A stretch of 63,504 nt of DNA, filler included, from Lenisia limosa (lineage: Eukaryota; Protista; Breviatea), in NCBI GenBank assembly GCA_001655205.1. It is 10 parts of 10 records of this genome, joined end to end, with 100 filler letters (N's around TTAATTAATTAA, not from the genome) between each part and the next. Parts side by side here need not be neighbours in the genome. Positions count along the whole stretch, not along the records: positions 27,761 to 47,707 come from LPNZ01010085.1; 9 more parts are not named here. The stretch is one strand, 5' to 3'. Under the pieces are notes generated by a model, which saw only the letters and a list, made by a program, of their open reading frames with translations, was not told the DNA's origin and searched no databases. Below are positions 31,224-41,919 of the stretch, in pieces (position 1 is the first letter of the stretch; each line of letters begins with the position of its first letter). A program made the translations under genes and the position numbers.

Positions 31224-32053
31224 GATACATTTACATTAAACACACTTATGTCCAAAGGATCGGGGTCAACATTGTGTTCTTTAAAGAAAGCAATAATTAC
31301 CATCACAACTGATCTTAAGTCAGGAACTTACATTAAACCTGTAAACGGGTGCAAAAATTTCCATCTGTTGGTAAACCTCAGTATCACTTCCCCCTAATTT
31401 CTTTAAAAAAGTCAAGATAAACAAAGAAAAGCAACTTCTTTGTAAGGTAACGTCATGAGGGCAGTTTTAAAGATACCTCTTGACATAAAACCATGATATT
31501 TGGCGAGTGTATCCTGATATGCAGCACTGTTGGTTAAACCATCACCAAACACAACATATTGAATTGGTTACAATACCTAATAATTTCATTGAGGGTGCCT
31601 TCATCCCTGGCCGCAAATCTTAACATAAATGCCAATTTAAACTGAAGAGCTCAAATTTAGAGAATACAGTTAAACCTGTTTAACCAAAGCAGTCCCTCAC
31701 TCCCTGAATTCTTTGTTGAGGACAACTTCTTACAACTTTTTTCTTTTAAAATCAGTCCTTGAAGTGAGAGAGAAGCGCCATTAGCTTGCCACGCATCTTT
31801 GATTTTCATGTAACATAAAATATTAAACCTTAATATTGCCAGCGATATCATTTTTCACAATACTCAAACCTCTTGCTCCAAAAATATCAGTATTACTGGT
31901 AAAAAAAAAACCAAAAATTTTATTCATTTCAGAGCAGGCATCCAGGAAAACAGTCACTTCAATATCTTGGGAGAGGCTGATTTTTTGAAATAAATCAGTA
32001 AGATGAGAGAGATACTCGAAATGCATTGTTAGAGAAATCAAAATTACCTCCAT
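31220..32053 (-). CDS. GLTP: Glycolipid transfer protein (GLTP family), 6-7 introns, four GT-TG
   Basis: Spliced product FLDACSEMNKIFDIFGARGLSIVKNDIAGNIKKIKDAW...EGLLWLNRALQF...NEIISAAYQDTLAKYHGFMSRGIFKTALMTLPYKETFFKEI. All GLTP signature motifs are present (DIxGNI, LWLxR, AY..TLxKYHG, PYK..F). Confidence 0.93.
31413..31435 (-). other. 23-nt GT-TG intron (GLTP)
   Basis: gttgcttttctttgtttatcttg. Removal gives PYKE|TFFKEI (human PYKSDFLKAL). Confidence 0.9.
31652..31675 (-). other. 24-nt GT-TG intron (GLTP)
   Basis: gtttaactgtattctctaaatttg contains an in-frame TAA. Removal gives LWLNR|ALQF (human MWLKRGLRF). The AG two nt further on would frameshift into a stop. Confidence 0.9.
31807..31828 (-). 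other. 22-nt GT-TG intron (GLTP)
   Basis: gtttaatattttatgttacatg. Required to join DIAGNIK to KIKDAW (human DISGNITKIKAVY). No AG inside. Confidence 0.92.
31888..31911 (-). other. 24-nt GT-TG intron (GLTP)
   Basis: gttttttttttaccagtaatactg. Removal gives FDIFGARGLSIVKNDIAGNI, the same length as human FDCLGSPVFTPIKADISGNI (recalled). Using the internal AG at nt 15-16 leads to a stop. Confidence 0.8.
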
Positions 32054-32499
32054 GATAAGATATTTATAGTCTTATTCAAGTTTTCTGAACTGTTTTGGTG
32101 TTTTAGGTTTCGTCAAGGTTTCGTTTGGGTTTCCTCCAAACCAAAATCATGCAAAAGCTGTGCCAGTTTGGTGCCAGTGTTGCCCAAGTGTTTCAGGGCC
32201 ATGATCCTGGTGCCGGGCGGGCGTCGACAATGATCGGGGCACCTCAAAGAGACATGGGGGGTCTATACAACGTTTTTAGAGAGTAAAGAAGCTAGGTCTC
32301 GAAATAAAATTAGTTCACCTTGAAAGGCTCTATTCCACCAAAGGAGCAAAAAGAGATTTACTTCATCATAATTTCTTTTTGGATCTTTATATATATCATA
32401 TGTTGTTTATCCCCCCTTACCCTTAACCTTAGAATTTTCTGTCTCATTTGCAAGAGCATGACATGCTGATTATGTTCTGTTAAATAAATTATAAATTAC

Positions 32500-34080
32500 T
32501 CTTAGTTTCTGTGATGACAAATTCCAGAGTTTTGGGGAGTATATTACAGGACTGATGTCAAGTAAGCTTCTCATTTTAAATGGAGGGAATATCTACATTA
32601 CTTTGAAGGTGGGGAGCGGAGAGGATAAATGTACATAATTATCTTTTTTATATTGATGTTGCGCTTTTTATGTTATTGATACTCTTGTGATATACTCTTG
32701 TGCATTTCAGATAATCTTGCGCTTATTCTTGCGCACAATTCAGTACCAAACATTCCTTTTAAGGTTTGCTGGTACTAAGGATTATTGTTATGCTTTTATT
32801 TTGATTTATTCAATAGTTTGCGGACTTTCGTTCTTTGTTTATTACACTGTACTTAACCCATTAGGATGGGTTCTTTGCTGACGAAACTGCCTTCAGTCCC
32901 GCCTACTTTAAAAGTAAAGGTTTGAATGAATTGTAATTATTACAACCTGTATTTTTTTTTACAAGAGAATTCCTTACAATTCTCTAGGTTTTGGAAGTCG
33001 GCGCCATTATTGAAGGAGTCCCTCAAATTGCTGTCGTCCCTTTGTCTCCCGGAGAGCAAATTGTGTCAATTGAGGAAGAACAGGTAATTACCAAATTAGA
33101 AAACCTCAAGGAAGACAAAATTCGAAACCAAAGATTCTCAACCAAATTTGGTGGAATTGTCGGTCCGAAAGTATGTTAAAAATAGACTTTGCTTTATGAC
33201 CATTTACTCTTTCAGATTTTTTATGGCAAATAAACCAGATGCCAGCTGAATGGTCATTGAGACCAACAGCAATGCAACCTCCTTTGGCGAAAAACGTTTC
33301 AAACCGATCACAGTTCTCAGACAGAGATTGAGGTAGACGTGCCAAATAAAGAAATACTACAACTTTCTTAGCCCAGCAAAGAGAGGCACAAAATACTTCA
33401 TTGCAATTTGAAATACGGCATTATCTCTAGATCGAATTGCGTAGTACACCTCGCTTAAAACAATTAAGCTCAAGGAGGCGCCAAGTCCTTGAACCGCGTT
33501 CCAGCTGTCTGTGGGAGGTAAAGAGACATTTGGTGAACGATATCACTGGGTGGGCTGCTTTGTACTTCGAGTAAACTGTGATTAAAAACAGAAGCATACA
33601 GAAAGAGGTGAGAGACTGGTGACCAATGAAAACAAGAAAGATGGCGTCATTATATTCGAACAGGTTCTTGTTCTTGAAGTTGAACCTTGTTTTCGTAAAC
33701 AAGCAGATTTTTTGAAATAAACCTAAATCAACAAATAAAAACATAACCTTTATTCAAGAAGACGGCTGAGAGTATATGCCAGAGAAAAGGAAAAAGGCCA
33801 GGGACTTGCTAATTGATGAATACAGAAATAGCATAATTATACACAATGACAATATAATATCATACAACTATTTAAAAATTTATGATTCTGATTTTGAGCA
33901 ATTTCAAAAAAAGAAATCCACCATTATACACGGGTGCGAGTTTGAGAGACATTAACCCCGAAGACATTTTGGGCTCCGATCTCAACCTTCAGCGAGCCCG
34001 CATCGCCGACACGGATTGCGAATGCCATGAGGCCAGGCAACTTACTGTACAGGGTGCCAATGACCTGGTTGATACGTTGT
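32500..34080 (+). CDS. Hypothetical spliced gene(s)
   Basis: Exon-like blocks with GT-AG ends (LEVGAIIEGVPQIAVVPLSPGEQIVSIEEEQ; QMPAEWSLRPTAMQPPLAKTFQ; NPPLYTGASLRDINPEDILGSDLNLQRARIAD). No family recognised; boundaries uncertain. Confidence 0.4.
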
Positions 34081-34467
34081 GCCCCTTAAGAATTATATAT
34101 TGTATTGTAGCTTTCCCGCAGAAAGCTGTGTGCACAGAGTTGTGAGCCAAATAATTGGGTAAAATCATATTATTATACTGTAACATTTGATGTTACGTAC
34201 GACAGGGGCCGCAATAAAAATTCTCAGCCTTTTACCAAAATTCTTGTGTGTTTTGTAATGTTTCTTCCCTGCTTTGTTATGTATTATTACCTGTATTGAT
34301 CCATTATTGAAGTGCTACAACTCAACCAAAAAGAGGCAGAATCTGACATACCATTGTACCCGCTATACCTGTGAACCCTATCCACCAAAGTCGCTGTCTT
34401 TCCCTGTTTTTACCCTCAGTATGAATAATAAAATTGGTCAAAAACAAAACAAAGAGAAACCTTCCAC

Positions 34468-34548
34468 TATCACAGACCTATCACAGACCTATCATTACAG
34501 ACCTATCACAAACCTCTCACAGACCTATCAACAACCTATCACTATCTT
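34468..34548. repeat. Minisatellite, ~12-bp unit (ctatcacagac)
   Basis: About 7 degenerate tandem units. Confidence 0.8.
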
Positions 34549-36601
34549 GGTTCAAACAAAACCTGAAGACCTTGACGCATCGTGGGTTAATATTGCGGGA
34601 AAAGGCCGTTATAACGGATGTTCGATCAGATATTGGACTGGAAGCTTTCCAATGCATCCCAAGTGTCTCAAGATGTTGCCGCAAGGCTCAGTAGTAAGCC
34701 AGAGTCAGAGCGGTCTATTTTTCATTTTTCTTGCGCTGGTTGTGTGGAATGAGATTATTATTATTGATGTTTGTTTTTGGTTTCCTGAATGTGGTGAAAT
34801 TCAATTTATTTTCTTATAATCACATGTTGATGTCATTTGTTCAACCCCTTCCTCTGGCCATGTTGTCAAACGGTTCTCTTTCGTAGAATGGCCCATCGTC
34901 AGACAGCCCATCCGTCCGACTGCCGGCTTTGGGGTATGATGCATTTACATAAGAAGATGATAACCATTTCAGAAGAACGCTGCTACAGGCAAACTTGCCC
35001 AATTTTTATTGGGCAAGTTGCTAAACCGCCGGCAATGATCTTTGCCAATGTTAAGTTTAGAACTGGTTATTCTATGCTTTTGAAAGTTAAAGGCATGGTT
35101 CTCTTTGTTGCAATACCGGAGGAAGTCACCTATTTCTTTTGTTGTTGTATCCTCAGCCCTAAGTTCTGCTCCCTGATCAAAGACATATCAAGAAAAAAAA
35201 GGAAGGTATGAAGAAAACACTCATTTGGGACTGTGGTGATCATGTTGTCATTAAACATAATATAAATTTAATAGCATTAAATATTAGCTCCATATGACCA
35301 AACTGCTTATTCAAATATATAAAAAATGTCAGTCATATCTTGATACAGCATAACAATAACCAACATGTTAAAAGTATGAAATTGTCATTCATTTAAGCAC
35401 GCATCATACCGTGGTTGAGTGGATCTGGCTGAAAATCGGCGTAATTTGCGAAACGAAGGAGAAGTCCACAACTTGACGGGAGGGGATGGGTTCAGTGGAG
35501 GGAAGATTGGCTTGGGCAGGAGGGTAACTATATAAGAATAAGCCATATTAGCACCGTTGTGGTTTATAACAATTTACTCATATTACATAAAATGATACAT
35601 GTAGTATATATATCATACATTTTGGCTCATACCATACTCCCCTTCTTTTTATCCTTTCAGTCACTTTTACAACTCTCAGATTTGAGTATTTATGCACTGG
35701 TATGTAAAGCCTATATTCAATGTGTTCAATATTCTTGTCATGAAAATATCCTTTGAAATCAACACAATTTTGAAACAAGGTATGAAAAATACGTAAAGTT
35801 ATCACAAAAGATAAAGTTAGTAAAATGAAACAAAAAAGGGTGAAAAAGGATTTACAATGTCATTTGCACCAGTTATCATTGTTCATACAAATGGAAATTA
35901 GTAATCTGGAAATACAGTTATGGTGAAACGGTCAGAAGAAACTCTTTAATATTGCCAACCGAATGTCAAAGTCTGCACTTTCAGGAACGCGATTGGCATG
36001 ATCGTCAAAGGCATCAAGCCGCCTCATCAACTCACTTGAGTTTTCAACTTCACCTCAGTTGCGAAGATTGTACTAACACAAGGCTTAACTTCGTAAAAGA
36101 CTAAAAATAGAAAAAAAATCCTCACAAAAAGGGGAGTGAACTGGACTAACTAGACTTTTCTAAAATTTTCTACACATTCGAAAAAAAAATACAAAATTAT
36201 TTTTTTGAATTTTTAACTTTATACAAATTAGTTTTGGAGAAAATTTGAATAATGATCAGAAAAAGTGCATTTATGAGTTTACAAAATCTGGGCCCCTTTT
36301 TATGCACTGGGCCCCTATTTATTCCCTGAAATATATAGAGTACTATACTGTATGATATATTTAATAGAGTGTATGAAGGTATACTTTGGAACTATACTAG
36401 TATTTTATGATATGTTAATAAACCAATTGTTTGAAGAGGAGTATTGTTAATATCGTTATGCTTGACACTCTGACCTCTTGTTGCATTCCAAACAACTATG
36501 CTGTTGACTCCCCCCCCCCCCATGGCTTTTTAGGCTTATATCATATAGTAGTATATAATATAGCTATATATATCATATACTATATAGTATAATACATATC
36601 G

Positions 36602-36835
36602 ATGTGGAAGCACGTAGTGGTGGGTATGGCACGGGCTGTACTGCCAGGCTTCATTAGGTGCCCTAGCGGGGCTGGGAAAGGGGAGAACAGCGCTCAGGGA
36701 GTGGGACGTGCCTTCTTAAGGGGAAGAGACCGTGTTTGACAGAAACCTCCGCCAAAACGCCAGCCAAGCTGGAAACACTTTCCGGGGGGCGGCGGTTTGG
36801 GGGTCAACCAAATCGTGACGACGGATCCGGGAAGA
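36602..36835. ncRNA. Candidate structured non-coding RNA (unclassified)
   Basis: GC-rich island in AT-rich intergenic DNA. Pairings: gaagcacgt/acgtgccttc, ggcac/gtgcc, gctg/cagc, ttgac/gtcaa, ccgcc/ggcgg, ccagc/gctgg. No family motif confidently matched. Confidence 0.3.
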
Positions 36836-37111
36836 AACACAGACAAAAAAGAAAAAAACTGATGCGGGTGCGCAATTAAGGTGCGCAATTATCACCGGCC
36901 GTCAAAACTGGTCTAAAACTGGACTTTTATTAGATATGCTGATGTACATATGACTTCAAACAAAAGGAGTAACTGACATACAACTTAGTTTTACTAAGTG
37001 CCTTTAAAACTTGCTAAGTTCTATCACCAAAACATATTGTAACTAGAGTACTTCCTAGTAATTTTTTTTTCTTTTTAAATCCTTTTTAAACGTTTTCTAT
37101 TAACTGTTAGT

Positions 37112-37448
37112 ATGGATTTTGAAGGTTCCAGAGACGAATTAGCTTGCTCATATGCTGCTATGATTCTTGCTGATGAAGGTCTTGATATTGCTGTTTGCCT
37201 CATATTTTTTAACATAGGCTGATAAAATTGAAGCTATTCTTTCTGCTGCTAACATTTCTGTTGAGTCATACTGGCCTGGCATATGGTCTAAAGCTCTTAG
37301 CGGTCAATCATTAGCTGATCTTATATCAAGCGGACCATCTCAGTCCAGCTCTGCTGTAGCTATTTCTACGACTGAGGAGCCTGAGAAGAAGGTAGAATCT
37401 GAGAAGGATGAGTCTGATGACGACATGGGATTCAGCTTGTTTGATTAA
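37112..37448 (+). CDS. RPLP1: 60S acidic ribosomal protein P1
   Basis: ELACSYAAMILADEGLDIA|ADKIEAILSAANISVESYWPGIWSKAL...ESDDDMGFSLFD*. One 25-nt GT-AG intron (37193-37217). Confidence 0.98.
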
Positions 37449-38769
37449 TTTAAGAATGTATTTTCTTTTTGCTTCCGGGTAATTCTGGAGTGAAAATTAG
37501 CACTAATTTTTTTGGAGTGGATTTGGTCTCGCCTACTTGAAAGCCTGAGTAAATTTAGTTATTTTTTGTTTATTTATGCTTAAAAATTATATTCTCAACG
37601 TCTTTAAAAACCTATTAAGCAGCTTGTGGATGCAACCCAATATACTTCACTCTATTTGGAATCTGATTTTTTTAATTTGGTCGACCCGCCGGATCCTATA
37701 CTACCCAAACCCTATTATAATACTTAAAATAGGGAGTTGATGCTGCTAATAAGGATATTAAGGCAACCATGGAGGCAAAATATATACTTCGTATGCGGGC
37801 CTGACTATTCCTGCACCGCCTCCCAATCCAACGAAACAAAGGAAATTCCTTCAATAACAAAGGCGCACTTAAAAAATAGTACATACAACAAGAGATTTTG
37901 CTTGTACGGTTTAGTTTTGAACGATTTCACATTCGGAAGTGGCGCAACTTGAGCCGATCTTGTAAAAAATTTTGCTCAGGAAAAACCACCCACATATTCC
38001 TAGAACGGTGATTAGATTGGGCCTTACAAGAGAAGTGATCTACTGATCCAGCCGTTATTCCTGTCGCGCTGCCTAATATTTAAATTTATTTTGCTTGCTA
38101 CTAATAATTAAATAAAACACTCTGATACACTTGGAATGAACCTTCGTGTTATCTCCGTTATCATTTCGAACCGTAAGTCGGTCAAATGATTATTTCACAA
38201 GTGGATATGGGTCAATTTTTATAAGAAATATCATATGTTCTCTTAATCAGCGAAATTATTTGAACAACCCAATGAATAATTGGTTGAAAATTGTAGTGAA
38301 ACGTAGAATTAAAAGGCTCAACCCATTTGCTCCAAAGAGTAGTTCATCATGGGTTTACCTTTCGATTCCATGTTCTGGAGCATTTCATCTTCCTCTACAA
38401 GAAGAGATACAACCTTCTTTGTAGCCTGGGATACAAGCACTAAAATGGTTTACATCAGCTGTAAAAAGTGAAAAAACGCATAGCAATGTAGACAAGAAAA
38501 AATGATGAAATTATGTTTGGGGACATTAAATCCAACCTACTTTATTGAGACAATGTCCCCAGCCTTGATGATGGCCCCCAATGGGAGGTTGAGTTGAGAA
38601 ACAGAACGAGGGGGGAAGAAAGTTGCTTCTTATAGGCGAGTAAGGTAAGAAGTAGCCAGCCACCATCCAGGAGGTATGTTGAGTGGTGAGCAAACCACCA
38701 CATAAAAACAAACAACTTCTCTTGATTGTTCATCTCTTCCCCTTTTCAGGATATCAAGATCCGGCTCAC

Positions 38770-38880
38770 GTCACCTCTAGTCTTGGCGACCCGAACCGAA
38801 CCGACCCATTTATTCTGTACACCGATGCCTCATCTTTCGTTATTGGTGGTGTTCTCTACAAGTCCAAGAGGAAGGTCCCC
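38770..38880 (+). mobile_element. Ty3/Gypsy-type RNase H-like fragment (degenerate)
   Basis: DPNRTDPFILYTDASSFVIGGVLYKS resembles the LTR-retrotransposon RNase H motif (P D ... PF.L.TDAS...IG.VL). Confidence 0.6.
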
Positions 38881-39020
38881 GCACCGTCCGCTACATGTCA
38901 TCTCTACTCAAGCCTGCTGAGAAAAATTACACTGCATGTTCGCCTTTTCATACTGTGGAGCTTTCAAGATTGCTAGTGACCTTTGTCTTTTGTTTTCAGC
39001 ATTTCAAGCAACCGGACTCA

Positions 39021-39378
39021 TTATGGCTATCACCATTTCCCCATGGCAAGTTGTAAAGCACCTCACCGACCCTGACATCAACTTCACCATCCCCGTCCAA
39101 TACCCTCCCCGCACCACCCTCTACTCAGCCCTCACCACTGACGAAGCCATTGCAGGATACGCCGCTGCCAAGCCCATCGACAACACTGAAGCTGACTGGT
39201 CCGTCATCAAGAAGTATATCGAGAAGATTGACAATGCCAAGCGTGAGGTATTCGTTACCAACTTCAGCAACAACACTCTTCCCTGGTCAACCCGTGTCAT
39301 TGTTGAGCCCCGACCACAAGAATTGACCCCTGAAGAGAATGTCCCGCTGATCTGCCAACGTCTTCAGGCCGCCAACAT
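39021..39378 (+). CDS. Intronless hypothetical ORF (truncated by N gap)
   Basis: MAITISPWQVVKHLTDPDINFTIPVQYPPRTTLYSALTTDEAIAGY... At least 119 uninterrupted codons with strongly C-ending codon usage. Confidence 0.6.
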
Positions 39379-40705
39379 NNNNNNNNNNNNNNNNNNNNNN
39401 NNNNNNNNNNNNNNNNNNNNNNNNNNNNNNNNNNNNNNNNNNNNNNNNNNNNNNNNNNNNNNNNNNNNNNNNNNNNNNNNNTCTCAAAAATCGGTTACTA
39501 ATCCCCATTGATTCACAAGGTTCAAAAAGAAGGCCCTAATCCCACCAAGCAGCCAACTAAGGTATGCTTATTTAAACTGGAAATGTTACTGCCCGACTTT
39601 TTTTTACAGCTAATATAAACATTTTAGGCTCAACCCAAGGCTCGCAAAAAAGGACACTGTTAAAAAGCCAAAAACGGTGTACATTGATGACATTTTTTGA
39701 AAACTATTTTGTTTTGTTATCAAATTTGACTGGCTTAGACTCAACGTGCAAAAAGCGCCTGTTCGGCAAAAAGCCCGCATTGAAACCCGGGCGACAAAGC
39801 GTTGATGGTTATTGTATTATGTTGATTGTTTTCCAGGTATCTATGAAAAAGTATGAGATTTCTGAACAAATATTGAATAAATGGGGGTTTCAATCCAATA
39901 AATGAATTTTCAATACACTGAAGAGATGTGTGAACTGTTAAAAACAATTCCTAAAAAAAGTGATCCGCATTTTGTCCAGTAATCCGCATTTTGACAATAT
40001 GCTCCCGCACATAAAGTGTTACGGTTATGAAAGAGGCCTGTTTTCGTGGTTAATGCGCCATAACTTGGCTTAATATGTATGAATTTCATCCTAATAAACA
40101 GCAAATTACATACTGAAGTCATTTTCAAATGTTTTTTTGAAAAAACCCCGAGCAAATCATCCCCTGCAGTAAAAACCCTCTAGGTTATTAATCTGATTAT
40201 CTATACAATTGAAGAGAAAACAATCAGAGAGGATGAGAAGAGGAGAGCAGTGAAATATGATAGATCACAAAAGCTGCCTTTAAATATTGTCATAGCATTC
40301 ATAATCCATGCAAACTGGGTAGATAACCGGGCACAACGTCCTCTCTAAGATCTAAAGATTTGAGCACAGCTCCAAAATATAGAAATAAATAAGATATCAA
40401 GGTATGGTTCAGAGAAAGTTTTAAAAGGTCTCAGAATTATCGAGATCATATTGAATTGCGAGATAAGGGCAGTCGGAAAAGGAGCCAACGACACAGGGAA
40501 GGCCTAAACACCACACTTCCGATTGCTTATTTCAAGAAAGTGGCTAATAATTCCAATTACACGAGGAGAAGTGGGAAAGAGCAGCCTAGGTACTTCGAAC
40601 TCGCTTCAAACATTTTACATCCAAGCATACCTTCTAAAACTATAACTGTAATACCATTAAGATGTAAAGGCGCCTGCAAAGCGAACAACAAGTTAATAAA
40701 GTAAT

Positions 40706-40826
40706 GACCCGTCTAGGCAGCCCAAGGCCGCCGGCCCACACACGGTAAGCCGGAGAGACGCCTGTCGGGCGTACCGCCGTGACGGACGGCTAGTCAAGGC
40801 TGGCCGTCCGAATCATGGTAGTAGAA
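40706..40826. ncRNA. Candidate structured RNA (multibranch domain plus long hairpin)
   Basis: cccgtctaggc/gcctgtcggg encloses the ccggc/gccgg hairpin. It is followed by a ~20-bp hairpin: taccgccgtga-cggacggctag / ctggccgtccg-aa-tcatggtagta. Confidence 0.45.
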
Positions 40827-41919
40827 TAGTTATATCTGAGGACCTCGACCTGTTGAGTCTTTCTCAGCCTCTCTAGTGTGTGTTGCTATTATTTGTTTAA
40901 TAAAATAATCTCTATAAAATTTAGTTGAGAGGATATTGCAAAGCCTGATTTTTCTTAGTTTTTGATAATTTATGAGTATCCAACCCCGTTAATACATTTA
41001 TTTAGTGATTTCAAGAACATGAACTTTCGAGAAGTGAGAATCAAAATAACATGAAAATGTTGATTTATAATATAAGCCACACTGCCAGTCGTATACTTTA
41101 GTGAACGATTGGACCCAAAAAAGCCCGTGCAGGTCACAGCGTCAATAAGATTTCTTTTGACCCACGCAATCAATTTTTTTTGTCAATCGAGGAGTGGGAG
41201 ATTGTGGATGAAACCTACAAATATACTTAACAGGTCGTTGTCCCCAGATATAATATCTTCTACTACCCCTGTCCGAATCCCAAAAGAGCACAATCCTCGT
41301 CTTCAGCCCATTTTATGTAGAAATTATTGCCCCCGAAGTCCACGTAATCAAATCAGAATTATTCCATTTTCAAAAGGAATGTAAAAAACCGTGGAAGTAT
41401 CATTGTTGTTGTTATGAAGCACTTTTGAAGAGAAATAGGAGAAATAAGTAAATATACAGGAAGAGAATGGGAATGTGATGATTTTTATTAAAGAGCCCAT
41501 ATGCAAACACAGGGAATGTAACACGAAAAATTTAGGGAGTATCAAAGTCAAGATAAGGAGAATACTATTTTGACAGGCGAAATCGGTTATTCTACCATCA
41601 GTTTTATTCCAATTAGCCTAAAGAAACATAATTAGATGTACTTCTACAAGACAAAACATTCTATTCATGAGGCCCGGAAAGACGTGGACTTCATGTTGAC
41701 CTTTCGATCACTCCAAGAAAAACTCTTCGTGCTTCCATGGTGTTCTTGGTGTCTTAGTGTGGGGATTGTAGTATTGGAAAGTGGGATTGTGTGCGTGAAT
41801 TCGTAACTACTCAGTAGCTGATTGTTTTCCCGTTTTCCCCAATAAGTGGCCAAGCTTTAAACTCAGATGAATAATAATAGACTGAACCACAAGAATTGGA
41901 CACAATGGTAAGACAATTC

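Noticed and set aside
31527-31576. 50-nt GLTP intron as two fused ~25-nt introns (recursive splicing)
   Set aside because: No internal TG|GT or AG|GT junction splits it into two 22-27-nt units in frame. A single GT-AG intron explains it.
39730-39810. SDR-like motif INALSPG on the minus strand
   Set aside because: Isolated match with no Rossmann or YxxxK motif nearby. Splice signals favour a plus-strand hypothetical gene.
40782-40822. SECIS element (GUGA...AA...GA)
   Set aside because: The helix pairs only in the Watson-Crick register. The tandem G-A quartet register breaks the stem, and no upstream selenoprotein ORF was seen.
40706-40826. HDV-like ribozyme (CGAAU after a long hairpin)
   Set aside because: The strand complementary to the putative P2 3' side lies directly before the hairpin, so the nested double-pseudoknot topology cannot form.
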